Assembly: GCA_965612745.1 (NCBI GenBank)
Contig: CBFDTD010000003.1
Location: 1,816 to 65,815, forward strand
Direction of reading: 5' to 3'
Source: an uncultured bacterium
Lineage (GTDB): Bacteria > Chloroflexota > Anaerolineae > B4-G1
Length of the DNA stretch: 64,000 nucleotides
Below the pieces are notes generated by a model. It saw only the letters and a program-made list of their open reading frames with translations, had not been told where the DNA came from and did not search any database. The translations under genes and the position numbers were made by a program. This document shows, piece after piece, positions 45,310 to 56,401 of the stretch (within the stretch, counting starts at the first letter, position 1; each line of letters starts with the position of its first letter).

Positions 45310-46509
45310 TTGATGCCCAAATATCCCCGTCTCCGGTCGCTTAAAGAGATCAACAGCGTGATGACACGCTACTACGTGCAGCGCAAGGCACTGGCGCGGC
45401 TCAAACCGCTGGCCTACGTCACCAGCGGTGCACCGGTCGAGATCCTGGAGGCAATGGGCATCTTGACGCTCTACCCGGAGAACTACACCGCGCTGTGCGG
45501 TGCGCGCGGGGCCGCCGTTGGCCTAGCCCGTGTGGCCGAGGCGCAGGGCTACCCGGCCGACCTCTGCTCCTACGCCCGCAGCCACGTCGGGGCAGTGCTG
45601 CGTCCCAGGGAGGCACCGCTGGGTGGGATGCCCCGCCCCGACCTGCTGGTCTGCTGCAACAACATCTGCGGCACCGTCCTCAAGTGGTACGAGGCACTGG
45701 CCGCGCTCTACGACGCGCCCCTCTTCGTCCTCGACGTGCCCTTCCAGCGCACCACCCCGGCCGAGCCCCACATCATCACCTACGTCGCCGATCAGTTGCA
45801 GGAGTTCGTCGCCTGGCTGGAGGCGCACACAGGCCGTCGCCTGAAGCCCGACAAATTCCGCTCCGTGCTGGCCCTCTCCCGCGAGGCGGTCGCGCTGTGG
45901 CAGGAGATTCTGGAGTTCGGCCAGTATCGGCCCTCCCCCATCAACGCCCCCGATCTCTTCGTCGCGATGGCCCCCATCGTCGCGCTGCGCGGCACACGCC
46001 GGGCGGTGGACTGCTACCGTCGCCTCAGGGCCGAACTGGAGGAGCGCGTCGCCCACTCCATCGGCGCGGTGCCCGGCGAGCGCTACCGCCTTCTCTGGGA
46101 CAACATCGCCATCTGGTATCGCCTCTACCGCTTCTTCCGTCCCTTTATGGACGCGGGCGCCTGCTTCGTCGCCGATACCTACACCAACGCCTGGACTGTC
46201 GAACTTGACTTGGAGGAGCCCTTCGTCGGCCTGGCACGTGCCTACACCGGCGTGTTCATCAACGTGGACCTGTCCACGCGGTTGCGCATCATCTCCGACC
46301 TGGCCCGGCGCTTCGAGGTGGACGGGGTGGTGATGCACGCCAACCGCTCCTGCAAGCCCTTCTCCATCGCTCAGAACGATATGCGAGACACGCTGCGGGA
46401 CGAACTGGGGCTCCCCGTCCTCATCCTGGAGGCCGACCAGTGTGATGCGCGCCTCTATAACGAGGGGGCAGTACGGGAGCGTGTGGCGGCGTTCCTGGAA
46501 ATGCTGTAG
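45310..46509 (+). CDS. 2-hydroxyacyl-CoA dehydratase subunit (HgdA-like)
   Basis: LLVCCNNICGTVLKWYEALAALYDAPLFVLDVPF and VVMHANRSCKPFSIAQNDM match the HgdA conserved blocks (CCNxxC, NRSCKP). Confidence 0.8.
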   Translation: MMPKYPRLRSLKEINSVMTRYYVQRKALARLKPLAYVTSGAPVEILEAMGILTLYPENYTALCGARGAAVGLARVAEAQGYPADLCSYARSHVGAVLRPREAPLGGMPRPDLLVCCNNICGTVLKWYEALAALYDAPLFVLDVPFQRTTPAEPHIITYVADQLQEFVAWLEAHTGRRLKPDKFRSVLALSREAVALWQEILEFGQYRPSPINAPDLFVAMAPIVALRGTRRAVDCYRRLRAELEERVAHSIGAVPGERYRLLWDNIAIWYRLYRFFRPFMDAGACFVADTYTNAWTVELDLEEPFVGLARAYTGVFINVDLSTRLRIISDLARRFEVDGVVMHANRSCKPFSIAQNDMRDTLRDELGLPVLILEADQCDARLYNEGAVRERVAAFLEML

Positions 46510-46510
46510 G

Positions 46511-46885
46511 ATGTCCGGCTTCTTCGAACGAGTTTATCAACTGGTGCGGCAGGTGCCGCCTGGCAAGGTTACCTCTTATGGGGCGATCGCCCGTATGCTG
46601 GGCCACCCGCGCGCAGCCCGCACCGTCGGTTGGGCATTGCACAGCCTGCCGGATGGCTCCGACGTCCCGTGGCACCGCGTGATCAACAGCCAGGGCCGCA
46701 TCTCCACCAGTTGCCGGGAGCATAGTGCCGACCTCCAGCGGGCGTTGCTAGAGGCTGAGGGGATCGAGTTCGACGAACATGGGTACGTGGACTGGGAGCG
46801 TTTCGGCTGGGAAGGACTCTCTTGGCTGGAAGTTGAGAAAATCGTCGCTTTCCTTGACACCGATACGAAATGCGGTATAATTTAA
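46511..46885 (+). CDS. Alkyltransferase-like (ATL) protein, MGMT DNA-binding fold lacking the acceptor Cys
   Basis: VPPGKVTSYGAIARMLG...VPWHRVINSQG: PWHRV replaces the PCHRV of Ogt/Ada, the ATL hallmark. ATG at 46511 directly after the hgdA stop. Confidence 0.7.
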   Translation: MSGFFERVYQLVRQVPPGKVTSYGAIARMLGHPRAARTVGWALHSLPDGSDVPWHRVINSQGRISTSCREHSADLQRALLEAEGIEFDEHGYVDWERFGWEGLSWLEVEKIVAFLDTDTKCGII

Positions 46886-47269
46886 ATGCAATGAACGCAT
46901 ACTTGGGTCATCTGAGTAATCATATACAAGGCTCGTTGGTCCTCACCGGTGCCTGTTCCACCTTGGGCGATGCACGGGTGACCGGTAGGTGTATGCCTTG
47001 CCATCTGCCCAGGCGGACGTCGGCAGTGTATCTGCCGAGCGGGACGGTAAACTGGCCCTGCCAGCAGGCCAAGGCGCAGTCGCGTGCGGTGGGTGGGACC
47101 GTCAGGGCCTGCATTGCAGATCGGGCATTCTCAGAATTGACAGCACCTTATCAGCACCATACTGCAAGCGCCGCCGAGTTTGCGGCGGCGGCATGGTCGG
47201 TTTCGGGTTACGAGCCCGAATCCTCTCCAGAGGAGGAGGTGTGCGGGGGTACGTGACTTCCCTGATTGG

Positions 47270-47312
47270 CGAGGAGCGCGGGGTCTTACCCAAGACCTCG
47301 CGCTTTTTTATT
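47270..47312 (+). terminator. Rho-independent terminator (GC stem plus TTTTTTATT)
   Basis: GAGCGCGGGGTCTT-ACCCA-AGACCTCGCGC followed by TTTTTTATT. Lies about 390 nt after the ATL stop. Confidence 0.5.
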
Positions 47313-47343
47313 GCACTCTACCAATCCCCGCACCTTCATCTCG

Positions 47344-47511
47344 TTGCGAGGGTGACTACTCAGCCGCCCCGCCAGATTCGAGATCGGACGCAGATTAACG
47401 CGGACTCTCGCAGATCAAATTCAAACATCAGCGTTTGTCGGCGTTCGTCTGCGTCCCAAAGGATGCGCTTCAATGGCTCATCTGAGGTCGGCTGAGTAGT
47501 CACTTGCGAGG
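47344..47511. mobile_element. 152-bp MITE-like element with perfect 15-bp TIRs (GTGACTACTCAGCCG) and 8-bp TSD TTGCGAGG
   Basis: TIR 47352-47366 and its reverse complement at 47489-47503. Direct repeat TTGCGAGG at 47344-47351 and 47504-47511. Confidence 0.7.
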
Positions 47512-47554
47512 TAGAGTAACGGACATCAGGTGTTGGCTCAGTGATCGTTGCAGG

Positions 47555-47627
47555 GCCCCGGTGGCTCAAATGGTAGAGCAGCCGTCTTGTAAGCGGCAGT
47601 GTGGCGGTTCGAACCCGCCCCGGGGCT
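47555..47627 (+). tRNA. tRNA-Thr (anticodon TGT)
   Basis: Manual cloverleaf: acceptor GCCCCGG/CCGGGGC, D-stem GCTC/GAGC, anticodon stem GCCGT/GCGGC with loop CTTGTAA (U33, anticodon TGT, A37), T-arm GGCGG-TTCGAAC-CCGCC, discriminator T. 73 nt. Confidence 0.8.
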
Positions 47628-47630
47628 TCG

Positions 47631-47683
47631 CTCCCCCACCGTCCAGGTGCGCGGGCGCGGGTTTAAGTCCCGCCGGGGGAGCA
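47631..47683 (+). other. Armless tRNA-like minihelix (acceptor stem plus small hairpin plus T-arm-like hairpin, no anticodon arm) immediately 3' of tRNA-Thr
   Basis: CTCCCCC...GGGGGAG 7-bp outer stem ending with discriminator-like CA. Inner GCGGG-TTTAAGT-CCCGC T-arm-like hairpin. CACC-GTCCA-GGTG hairpin. Confidence 0.35.
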
Positions 47684-47701
47684 TCGTGGAGGAGAAAGAT
47701 T

Positions 47702-48226
47702 ATGACAGCGGGCGTTTTATTACTCAATGCTACATACGAACCCCTGCGGGTCATCTCGACCCGGCGGGCAGTCAGCCTGCTGATGCGAGGGGTTGCCGAG
47801 GGCGTCGAAGGCGTCGCGGCCCGGCTGCGCACGCCCAGCACGGTTTTCGAGGTGCCCTCCGTGCTACGGCTGCGCTACTACGTCAACGTCCCCCAGCGCG
47901 GGGCTACGTGGAGCCGCCGTGGCGTTTTGGCCCGCGACGACTACACCTGCGTGTACTGCGGCGTCCGTGTCGGGGAGCGGCGCCATGGCCGGATCCTCAC
48001 CCGCGCCGACTTCAGCGTAGATCACCTCATCCCCCGTAGCCGGGGCGGGAGCAGCACCTGGGGCAACACGGCCTGCGCCTGCCGCTGGTGCAACGGGCGC
48101 AAGGGGAACCGCACGCCCCACGAGGCGGGGATGCGTCTCCGGTGGGAGCCCAAGACGCCTCGCGTCAACTACCTGGTCGTCTCTGGGGAGGTGCCGGCTG
48201 AGTGGAAGGTCTACCTGCGGATGTAA
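47702..48226 (+). CDS. HNH endonuclease family protein
   Basis: CVYCG...VDHLIPRSRGG...WGNTACACRWCNGRKG HNH/His-Me finger motif. RBS GGAGGAG then ATG at 47702. The ORF-track start at 47504 would read through the tRNA and is rejected. Confidence 0.75.
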   Translation: MTAGVLLLNATYEPLRVISTRRAVSLLMRGVAEGVEGVAARLRTPSTVFEVPSVLRLRYYVNVPQRGATWSRRGVLARDDYTCVYCGVRVGERRHGRILTRADFSVDHLIPRSRGGSSTWGNTACACRWCNGRKGNRTPHEAGMRLRWEPKTPRVNYLVVSGEVPAEWKVYLRM

Positions 48227-48316
48227 TGAGCCTCCGGTGCGAAACAAGCGGCCCCGCTCGTATGAGCGGGGCTGCCCTCAATTGGCAAGTTTTTTCCCCT
48301 TATGCTAAAATAATGT

Positions 48317-48415
48317 GAGTCTGGCTAAAATTCGTGGGGAGAAAAGGCCGGAGGCCCCGCTTCAGCGGGGATTTTCCGGCTGAAGCCGGACGTCCCACTG
48401 ATTTTAGCCACACCC
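48317..48415 (-). mobile_element. MITE-A full copy (inverted), TSD AAATAATGT / AAATAATAT
   Basis: Flanking 9-bp repeats at 48308-48316 and 48416-48424 (8/9 identical). Confidence 0.75.
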
Positions 48416-48461
48416 AAATAATATTGACGTGCGCGCTCGGATATCGCGTGAGGTGAGCGGC

Positions 48462-51400
48462 ATGGGAGACGCGAACAATCTTCAACCCCCTCGACACTCC
48501 CAGAACAGGACAGGCCCACAGGTGTGGCCCGTCACGGTGGCACTCATCGTGACAGTGCTGCTGCTGGCTCTGGCCGGTTTCCTGGCCTGGCGCACGACGC
48601 AAGTCCCTTTCCCCGGCCTGTTCACTGAGCCAACCCTTATCGTCAATGACCTGGGTAACCCCGCTTGGCCCGGCTATGCTGCCGGCCTGCGCTTCCCCGA
48701 TCACCTGGTCGCGCTTGACGGTCGGCCACTGGAAAGCACTGGGGCGCTCATGCGCGAACTGGCACGGTACGAACCCGGTGACGTGGTCACGCTGACGGCA
48801 CAGGGCGAGGACGGCACACTACGCGATGTCCGCGTGCGCCTGGAGCCTTTCCCCATCGAGGGGCTGATCAGGTTCTTCGCCCTGCCCTACGCCCTGGGGC
48901 TGATCTATCTGGGAATCGGCACCTGGGTCTTTCTGGCGCGACGGCACGAGTCGACCGGGCAAGTGTTCGCGATGCTGTGTGCTATGCTCGCGCTGAGCCT
49001 GGGTTTGCTGTTTGACGTCTACACCACTCATCTGCTCCCGCGCGTGTGGATCACCGCCCTCTCTCTGGTCGGCAGTGTTGCTATTCACATGGCCCTGGTG
49101 TTCCCCCAGCGGATACGATTTCTTGAGCGCGTCTCTTTCCTCTATTACCTGGCCTACGTGCCGGGTCTGGTCATTGCCGTTGTCAATCAACTCACTATCC
49201 TGAACTTCGAAGCGCCCACGGCCTACTTCGACACCTGGTTTGCCGCCTTTGTCTTTGGAAGTGCCGGCATTGCCGCCGTTCTGGCGATGATGATCTATCG
49301 GCATCGTCGTTCCCGGTCGCCCATCGTGCAGGCCCAGGCGCGTATCATCCTATGGGGAAGTCTACTGGCCTTCGGTCCAGCCGCAGCATGGTTCATCATC
49401 ACCCGTTACACCGGGGGGGCTTTCCCCCCAGTGCTCATTCTGCCCTGGCTGATCTTCTTTCCCCTGTCTATCGCTTACGCCCTCCTCCGTTATCGCCTGT
49501 TCGACATCAACCTGGTGATCAGTCGGAGTATCGCCTATGCGCTGCTGAGCGCCGTGGGGGTTGGGATCTATTTCCTCTTACTCTTCCTGATCGGCCGCGT
49601 GTTCGGCGTGACGCTGCAAGCCGGCCATCCCTTCGTCCTCGGCGTCTTCATCCTCTTGCTGGCGCTGCTACTGAACACGGTATGGACGCGCTTGAGGCGC
49701 GTGGTGGATCGAGTTTTCCTGCGCGAAGCGGTTGACCACCGTCAGATTGTGCGCCGCTTCGTCAACCGGCTGACTGAGACGATGGACCTACCATCGGTCT
49801 TGAGCATTCTGGATGAGACGCTGGAAGCAGCCTGGCACCCGCAATTTGCGGCGCTATTCCTGTACGATTCACGTCGTGCGCGCTATGTGCCTCACGTTAT
49901 CGGGAGTAGCCCCTTCCCACCTGTGGCCTTCACCCAGGAGGGGCCATTGGCCCACCAAATGCTCAAGCGGCGCAAAAGCATTTACCTATACAGAGACCGT
50001 CCCCTGCCTTCTCACCTGGCGGTCGAGCACGAACCGTTGGATGCTCTGCGCCCTGCCCTCTTCATCCCGGTGCCAGGCCACGGTTGGCTGACGTTAGGAC
50101 CCAAGCGCAGCGGTGCGCCTTTCTCCTCGGACGACTTGGTCACCCTGGAGGCATTGGGCTCCCACGCGGCAGTAGCCCTGGAAAAAGCACGTCTGGTCGG
50201 CGACCTGGAGCGGCGAATAACAGAGGTAGACGTGCTACGTTTGGTCGGGCAGGCGGTCAATTTCACGATGGATGTGGATGACCTGATGGAGTTGATCTAC
50301 GCTCAGACCAGCCGCGTGCTTGATACGAACAACTTCTACATCGCATTATACAACTCCGAGAAGGAAACCCTCTCCTTCGCCTTTTACATCAAAGATGGGG
50401 AGCGGCTGTATCCAGACGACGAGTGGCCGGTGGAAATGGGCCTGACCGGCGAAATTGTCCGCACAGGGCGGCCCATTGTGACGGATGACTACATCCAGGA
50501 ATGCCTCCGCCGGGGGATCACGCCCGGGGGCCGACCCGGGCGAGCCTGGATGGGAGTGCCGCTCAGTGCCGGCGATCAGGTCATCGGAGTGATGAACGTC
50601 TCAAGTTTCGACCCCACCGTGACCTATTCCGACGAACAATTGAAGATTTTCTCCGCCATCGCCGACCAGGCCGCCGCGATTCTGGATAAGGCACGCCTTT
50701 ATCGGGAGACGGAGGAACGTGCTCAGCAGTTGGCTGCCCTCAACGAGGTCGGCAGCGTCATCACCTCAACTTTGGATCTGCAGGCGGTGTTGAACCTGAT
50801 TATGGAGAAGGCGGTTGAACTCATCCAGGCCGAGGCCGGGTCGCTGGTGCTGGTGGACCAGGATACCGGTGAGTTGGTCTTCGAAGTAACCGCCGGCCCA
50901 GGCTCTGCCAACCTGGTGGGCACACGCCTTTCCCCTGGCACCGGTATCGTAGGCACGGTGGCTCGGGAGGGCAGGCCCATTATCATCAGGGATGCCCAGT
51001 CCGACCGGCGGTGGTACCGGGGTCTCGATGACCGCACCAGGTTCATTACTCAGTCCATCATCGCCGTGCCAATGATCAGCCGGGGGCGTACCATTGGCGT
51101 GATTGAACTGCTCAACCGGCGCGATGGTGTGCCCTTTGACGAGGACGACGAGCGGCTGCTGGCGGCGTTTGCGGCCAACGCTGCCGTTTCCATCGAAAAT
51201 GCCCGGCTGTTCACCCAAACCGATCAGGCTCTCGCTGCGCGGGTAGAAGAACTCTCAATGATGCAACGCATTGATCGGGAACTCAACGCCACACTGAACT
51301 ACCAGCAGGTAATGGAGATCACTCTGGATTGGGCGCTGCGGATGACAGGAGCGGACATTGGGCTTCTGGGTGTTGTCGTCGAGACTGAGGAAGGAAAACG

Positions 51401-52541
51401 CGGGCTACACTTCCTGGTCAACCAGGGCTATCCTGAGGAACTGATCGCCACCCGCGTGGAAACCCCATGGCCGTTGGAACGGGGAATCATCGGCCGGACG
51501 GCGCGGATCGGCGAGCCCATCCTAGTGGAGGATGTGCAGAACGACCCTGACTACGTCCCAACAGTGCCGGGGATGGTCGCCCAATTGACCGTGCCCATCC
51601 GACGGGAGGAGCAAATCGTCGGCGTCATTGCTCTGGAGTCTTCCCAAAGAGGCCGTCTTGACCAGGAGGCGTTAGAGTTCGTCATCCGCCTGGCCGACCA
51701 CGCGGCCATCGCCATTGAGAACGCCCGCCTTTTCGAGCAGGTGCGCCGCGCCAACGAAGCCAAGACTGAGTTCATCTCCTTCGTTTCCCACGAACTCAAA
51801 CAGCCGATGACCTCAATCAAAGGCTACACTGACATGTTGATCAAGGGGATGGCCGGCGAACTGACCGATACGCAGCGCACTTTCCTTGACACGGTGCGCT
51901 CGAACATAGAACGGATGAGCAAGTTGGTCGGCGACCTGCTGGACGTCTCGCGCATCGAGAGTGGCCGTATACGATTAGAGTTCAGGCGCATATCTATCAG
52001 GAAGGTGCTTGAGGAAGTACTACGAGCCACCCACAGGCAGATCGAAACCAAGCATCAGACGTTAGAGGTGGACGTCCCATCCGACCTGCCGCTCGTAAGG
52101 GCGGATCGAGACCGGCTGGCGCAGATTCTGACCAATCTGGTGAGCAATGCCTGCAAATATACACCCGAGGGAGGACAGATCACAATTCGCGCTCAACGGT
52201 GGCGCCCTTCTACCGGGGGGGATAGGAAGAAGAGATGGCCCATTGGAGGGGATGAAAGAAAGGGCGCTATACAGCAAGACGAGTTCGTACTGTGTTCGAT
52301 AACCGATACCGGCATAGGAATCACGCCCGAAGACCAGGAACGTCTATTCACCAAGTACTTCCGTGCCGACAATCCGGCTGTACGCAGTGTGCCTGGCACC
52401 GGGCTGGGGCTCGTTATCACCAAGAGCCTGGTGGAACTGCACGGCGGCGAAATCTGGGTCAGGAGCGAGGTGGGTAAGGGCAGCACCTTCCTGTTCACCA
52501 TCCCCGTGGCTCAGGAGGAAAGGGAGACGTCGTCATCGTGA
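48462..52541 (+). CDS. Large multi-domain sensor histidine kinase (N-terminal sensor plus 7TM region, 3-4 GAF domains, HisKA, HATPase_c)
   Basis: Multi-TM block 48.9-49.7 kb. Repeated GAF signatures. H-box [18 protein letters not shown]1/G2 boxes ([24 protein letters not shown]). Start at ATG 48462 (RBS GAGGTGA). Confidence 0.8.
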   Translation: MGDANNLQPPRHSQNRTGPQVWPVTVALIVTVLLLALAGFLAWRTTQVPFPGLFTEPTLIVNDLGNPAWPGYAAGLRFPDHLVALDGRPLESTGALMRELARYEPGDVVTLTAQGEDGTLRDVRVRLEPFPIEGLIRFFALPYALGLIYLGIGTWVFLARRHESTGQVFAMLCAMLALSLGLLFDVYTTHLLPRVWITALSLVGSVAIHMALVFPQRIRFLERVSFLYYLAYVPGLVIAVVNQLTILNFEAPTAYFDTWFAAFVFGSAGIAAVLAMMIYRHRRSRSPIVQAQARIILWGSLLAFGPAAAWFIITRYTGGAFPPVLILPWLIFFPLSIAYALLRYRLFDINLVISRSIAYALLSAVGVGIYFLLLFLIGRVFGVTLQAGHPFVLGVFILLLALLLNTVWTRLRRVVDRVFLREAVDHRQIVRRFVNRLTETMDLPSVLSILDETLEAAWHPQFAALFLYDSRRARYVPHVIGSSPFPPVAFTQEGPLAHQMLKRRKSIYLYRDRPLPSHLAVEHEPLDALRPALFIPVPGHGWLTLGPKRSGAPFSSDDLVTLEALGSHAAVALEKARLVGDLERRITEVDVLRLVGQAVNFTMDVDDLMELIYAQTSRVLDTNNFYIALYNSEKETLSFAFYIKDGERLYPDDEWPVEMGLTGEIVRTGRPIVTDDYIQECLRRGITPGGRPGRAWMGVPLSAGDQVIGVMNVSSFDPTVTYSDEQLKIFSAIADQAAAILDKARLYRETEERAQQLAALNEVGSVITSTLDLQAVLNLIMEKAVELIQAEAGSLVLVDQDTGELVFEVTAGPGSANLVGTRLSPGTGIVGTVAREGRPIIIRDAQSDRRWYRGLDDRTRFITQSIIAVPMISRGRTIGVIELLNRRDGVPFDEDDERLLAAFAANAAVSIENARLFTQTDQALAARVEELSMMQRIDRELNATLNYQQVMEITLDWALRMTGADIGLLGVVVETEEGKRGLHFLVNQGYPEELIATRVETPWPLERGIIGRTARIGEPILVEDVQNDPDYVPTVPGMVAQLTVPIRREEQIVGVIALESSQRGRLDQEALEFVIRLADHAAIAIENARLFEQVRRANEAKTEFISFVSHELKQPMTSIKGYTDMLIKGMAGELTDTQRTFLDTVRSNIERMSKLVGDLLDVSRIESGRIRLEFRRISIRKVLEEVLRATHRQIETKHQTLEVDVPSDLPLVRADRDRLAQILTNLVSNACKYTPEGGQITIRAQRWRPSTGGDRKKRWPIGGDERKGAIQQDEFVLCSITDTGIGITPEDQERLFTKYFRADNPAVRSVPGTGLGLVITKSLVELHGGEIWVRSEVGKGSTFLFTIPVAQEERETSSS

Positions 52542-53852
52542 TGCGGTTGGGATGACGTAAGTCAAAGGCAACACCGGGACCGTCCGTAGTGGAGGGATCG
52601 AGTTCAGTGCCTCCTCAAGCGGGTCGCCATTGCGCAGAAGGATTGCGGGGGTACCGGTGGCCAACAGCCGCTCCTTGAACAGGCTTGCGCCAGACGGGCC
52701 GCCGAAACTGGCCGCATCCACCAGGATAGTGACGACGCGGAGCCCGGCGCGACCAAGAAGCAGGGCTGCCTGCACCCACTCCTCACGCACCGATGGGCTG
52801 ATGGCGACCACAATTGTACCTGGTGTCAACCTGCTACCTTCCATACTCAGCACCTCGCTGAACGGCATCTCCCCCTCAGCCCGCAACACGGCCAGTGTCT
52901 CCAGGATCTTGCCCAATTGCCGCTCATCCCGGTCGGCCTGAATGACCTCGCGCCGCTGGCCGTAAGTGACCAGCCCCACGGCCCGCCTGCGTCGGATGAA
53001 AAACTCTGCTACCGAAGCGGCTGCGGTGACGGCGTACTCCTCGGTGCTGGCTTCCAGCCGCAATCGTTTTACTCGTTTCCGCCACGGCTCCCGCCCCCGA
53101 AGGGCCAACTCCGCCTCGTCCACGGGTACCTTGAAGTGCACAGCCTGTTCCATATCGAGAAAAATCCAGGCGTTCGACATCGGATCCAGTTCGAATTCCT
53201 TCACGATGAGCCGATCCTTGCGGGCCGTGGATGGCCAGTGAATGCGGTTGAAACTGTCGCCGGGGACATATTCACGTACACTGGCGGCGTTGGTTGTGAT
53301 GTGGTGGGTGCGACGGCGCAGTGCATCTCCCCCTGGCAGGTGCCCCATAGGCTGAGGGAAACCCCGCACCGGCACGGTGGCGGGGTAGACCACGATGTTG
53401 CCTGTCTGAGGGAATTCGTGCCGGAACTCAAACAGCCCCAATGGGTCACCGCTGGAGATGACAACAGGCCCCAGGCGAAAGCGACCACGTCGCTCGCAGA
53501 GGGTGCGTATCGCCCAATGGTATTCCCGGTGCGGCCCCAGGCTATGGATGACCCGGCTGGCACGGTGACCGGGCAAATCGGAGCCATCGTGGATAGTGAC
53601 CCACAGTTTGGGCAGCCACGAGGTGTTGTACAGCGAGAAGTGTTCCTCCAGCGGACGCCCCACCTGAGCGCGGGAGGTGCGTGTGTAGCGGCTGAGACGC
53701 AACCCCCGCGTCGCCGACCAGGCCCACAGGGCCGAGAGGATGAGAGCGGCGATGAAGAAGTAGGCGAGGTGGTAATACAATTCGCGCCCGGTGACCAGGG
53801 CGGCAGCGAGGCTGGTCAACCCCAGAGCCAATACGACCCATGACCGTCGCAC
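52533..53852 (-). CDS. DUF58-family protein (MoxR partner, vWA-like fold)
   Basis: N-terminal [31 protein letters not shown] is the DUF58 signature. Confidence 0.7.
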   Translation of the reverse strand: MRRSWVVLALGLTSLAAALVTGRELYYHLAYFFIAALILSALWAWSATRGLRLSRYTRTSRAQVGRPLEEHFSLYNTSWLPKLWVTIHDGSDLPGHRASRVIHSLGPHREYHWAIRTLCERRGRFRLGPVVISSGDPLGLFEFRHEFPQTGNIVVYPATVPVRGFPQPMGHLPGGDALRRRTHHITTNAASVREYVPGDSFNRIHWPSTARKDRLIVKEFELDPMSNAWIFLDMEQAVHFKVPVDEAELALRGREPWRKRVKRLRLEASTEEYAVTAAASVAEFFIRRRRAVGLVTYGQRREVIQADRDERQLGKILETLAVLRAEGEMPFSEVLSMEGSRLTPGTIVVAISPSVREEWVQAALLLGRAGLRVVTILVDAASFGGPSGASLFKERLLATGTPAILLRNGDPLEEALNSIPPLRTVPVLPLTYVIPTASR

Positions 53853-53864
53853 TGTCTCTCTCCT

Positions 53865-54818
<954 letters not shown>

Positions 54819-55307
54819 CGCAATCTCCTTGCCGGTAAGCGTGAAAGGGTGCACGGTGGTCGAAACCGCGTGCTACGTGCTGCGAAACTGACCAGCGTCG
54901 GTTATAAATGTCGGCGCAGGCCGACTTGGCTGCGCGTAGCCCTGGTCACCGGGCGGGGAATTTTCTGATAGCCTGATTATAACCGCCTTTGCGCTATGCG
55001 CCAAATGCGGGCGTATCATCTGGGGACAAGAATAAGCGGGAAAGGGGACTGCAGCGTTCGTTATTCGACCTTTTCTGATAGCCAAGCGTAAGCATAATCA
55101 AACGTCCATTTGCCCCTGGAGCCAATACCTCCACAGGTGGGATTTTCGGGAGACAAAGCCCAATATGTGAGGGTATGTGGCAACCTCGACGGAACCACGC
55201 GGTCTGTCGCTTGTCCCAAATGTGTGACGGTCGCCAAATCCGCATTTTGAATTTATGCAAAGTATGCTATAATGAAGTGGGAAATGAAGGTACCCCAAAG
55301 GATGACC

Positions 55308-56198
55308 ATGCAGACACAGATTGAGGAATTCCTCCGCTTTTTGGCGGTAGAGAAAGGCCACTCGAAACATACTATCGCGGCTTACCGCAACGACCTCGCT
55401 CAGTTCCTGAACTATATGGCAGGGGAGGCTGTTTCTTCCTGGCAAGATGTGGATCGGCCCCATATCCTGAACTACATCTTGTATCTGAAGGAACGTGAGT
55501 ACGCCCCTTCGACAGTAGCCCGTAAAATTGCGGCGGTTAAGTCGTTTTTCCATTTCCTGGTTGCCGATGGAGTGCTCCAGGATGATCCCACCGTCGCGGT
55601 GGATTCGCCTCCGGTAGAAAAGCCCCTCCCGCATCCTCTAAGCCCAGAGGAAATGGCTCGCCTGCTGGCGGAGCCAGCCAAGTCCAGTACACCTAAAGCA
55701 CTGCGGGATTGGGCCATGTTCGAGTTGATGTACGCAACCGGCATGCGAGCCAGTGAGGTCATCGGACTGGAAGTGGAGGCAGTAGATCTGGAGGCCGGAA
55801 CGGTGCGCTGCCTGGGCAAAGGGAACAAAGAGCGTATCCTCCCGTTGTATGAGCGTGCGCAGGAGGCGCTCAAGGCTTATCTTGAGAACGCTCGCCCCAG
55901 GTTGCTACGAGGGCGAGACGAGACGGCGTTATTTGTCAATCACCGGGGGCGGCCTCTGACCCGACAAGGGCTCTGGTTGATCGTCAAGGAGTATGCCGCA
56001 GCCGCTGGTATCGAACGCCCGGTTACTCCACACACGTTTCGTCACTCCTTCGCCACCCACATGCTCGATGGTGGTGCGGGACTGCGTGAAGTCCAACAAT
56101 TGCTAGGCCACTCCAATATTTCCAGCACGCAGGTATACACTAAGGTTTCCACCCGGCTCAAGCGAGAAGCGTATGACAGGGCTCACCCGCGTGCGTAG
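55308..56198 (+). CDS. Tyrosine recombinase, XerC/XerD family
   Basis: N-terminal core-binding (SKHTIAAYRNDLAQF). C-terminal R...HxxR...Y catalytic residues (HTFRHSFATHML...STQVYT). Confidence 0.8.
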   Translation: MQTQIEEFLRFLAVEKGHSKHTIAAYRNDLAQFLNYMAGEAVSSWQDVDRPHILNYILYLKEREYAPSTVARKIAAVKSFFHFLVADGVLQDDPTVAVDSPPVEKPLPHPLSPEEMARLLAEPAKSSTPKALRDWAMFELMYATGMRASEVIGLEVEAVDLEAGTVRCLGKGNKERILPLYERAQEALKAYLENARPRLLRGRDETALFVNHRGRPLTRQGLWLIVKEYAAAAGIERPVTPHTFRHSFATHMLDGGAGLREVQQLLGHSNISSTQVYTKVSTRLKREAYDRAHPRA

Positions 56199-56401
56199 CC
56201 AGGCTTCGGAAGCGGTCCGGCAGTTAAAACTGCAGGCCGAGCACGGCGGTGAACCTGATGTAACCTGCGGTGGCTTATCCGGCCCGCGGAGGCAGGCCTT
56301 GCAAACTGTAGCCGTGACTTCAGCCGCCAGGCCATTGGTGTAAAAAAAGGGTTTCCAAACGCTCGATATCGCCACTGAGCCGATCTTATCAAGGGGGTAC
56401 A

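Noticed and set aside
47504-47701. The ORF-track start at 47504 for the HNH gene
   Set aside because: That frame reads straight through tRNA-Thr and the tRNA-like minihelix. A GGAGGAG RBS followed by an ATG at 47702 gives a 174-aa HNH protein of normal size.
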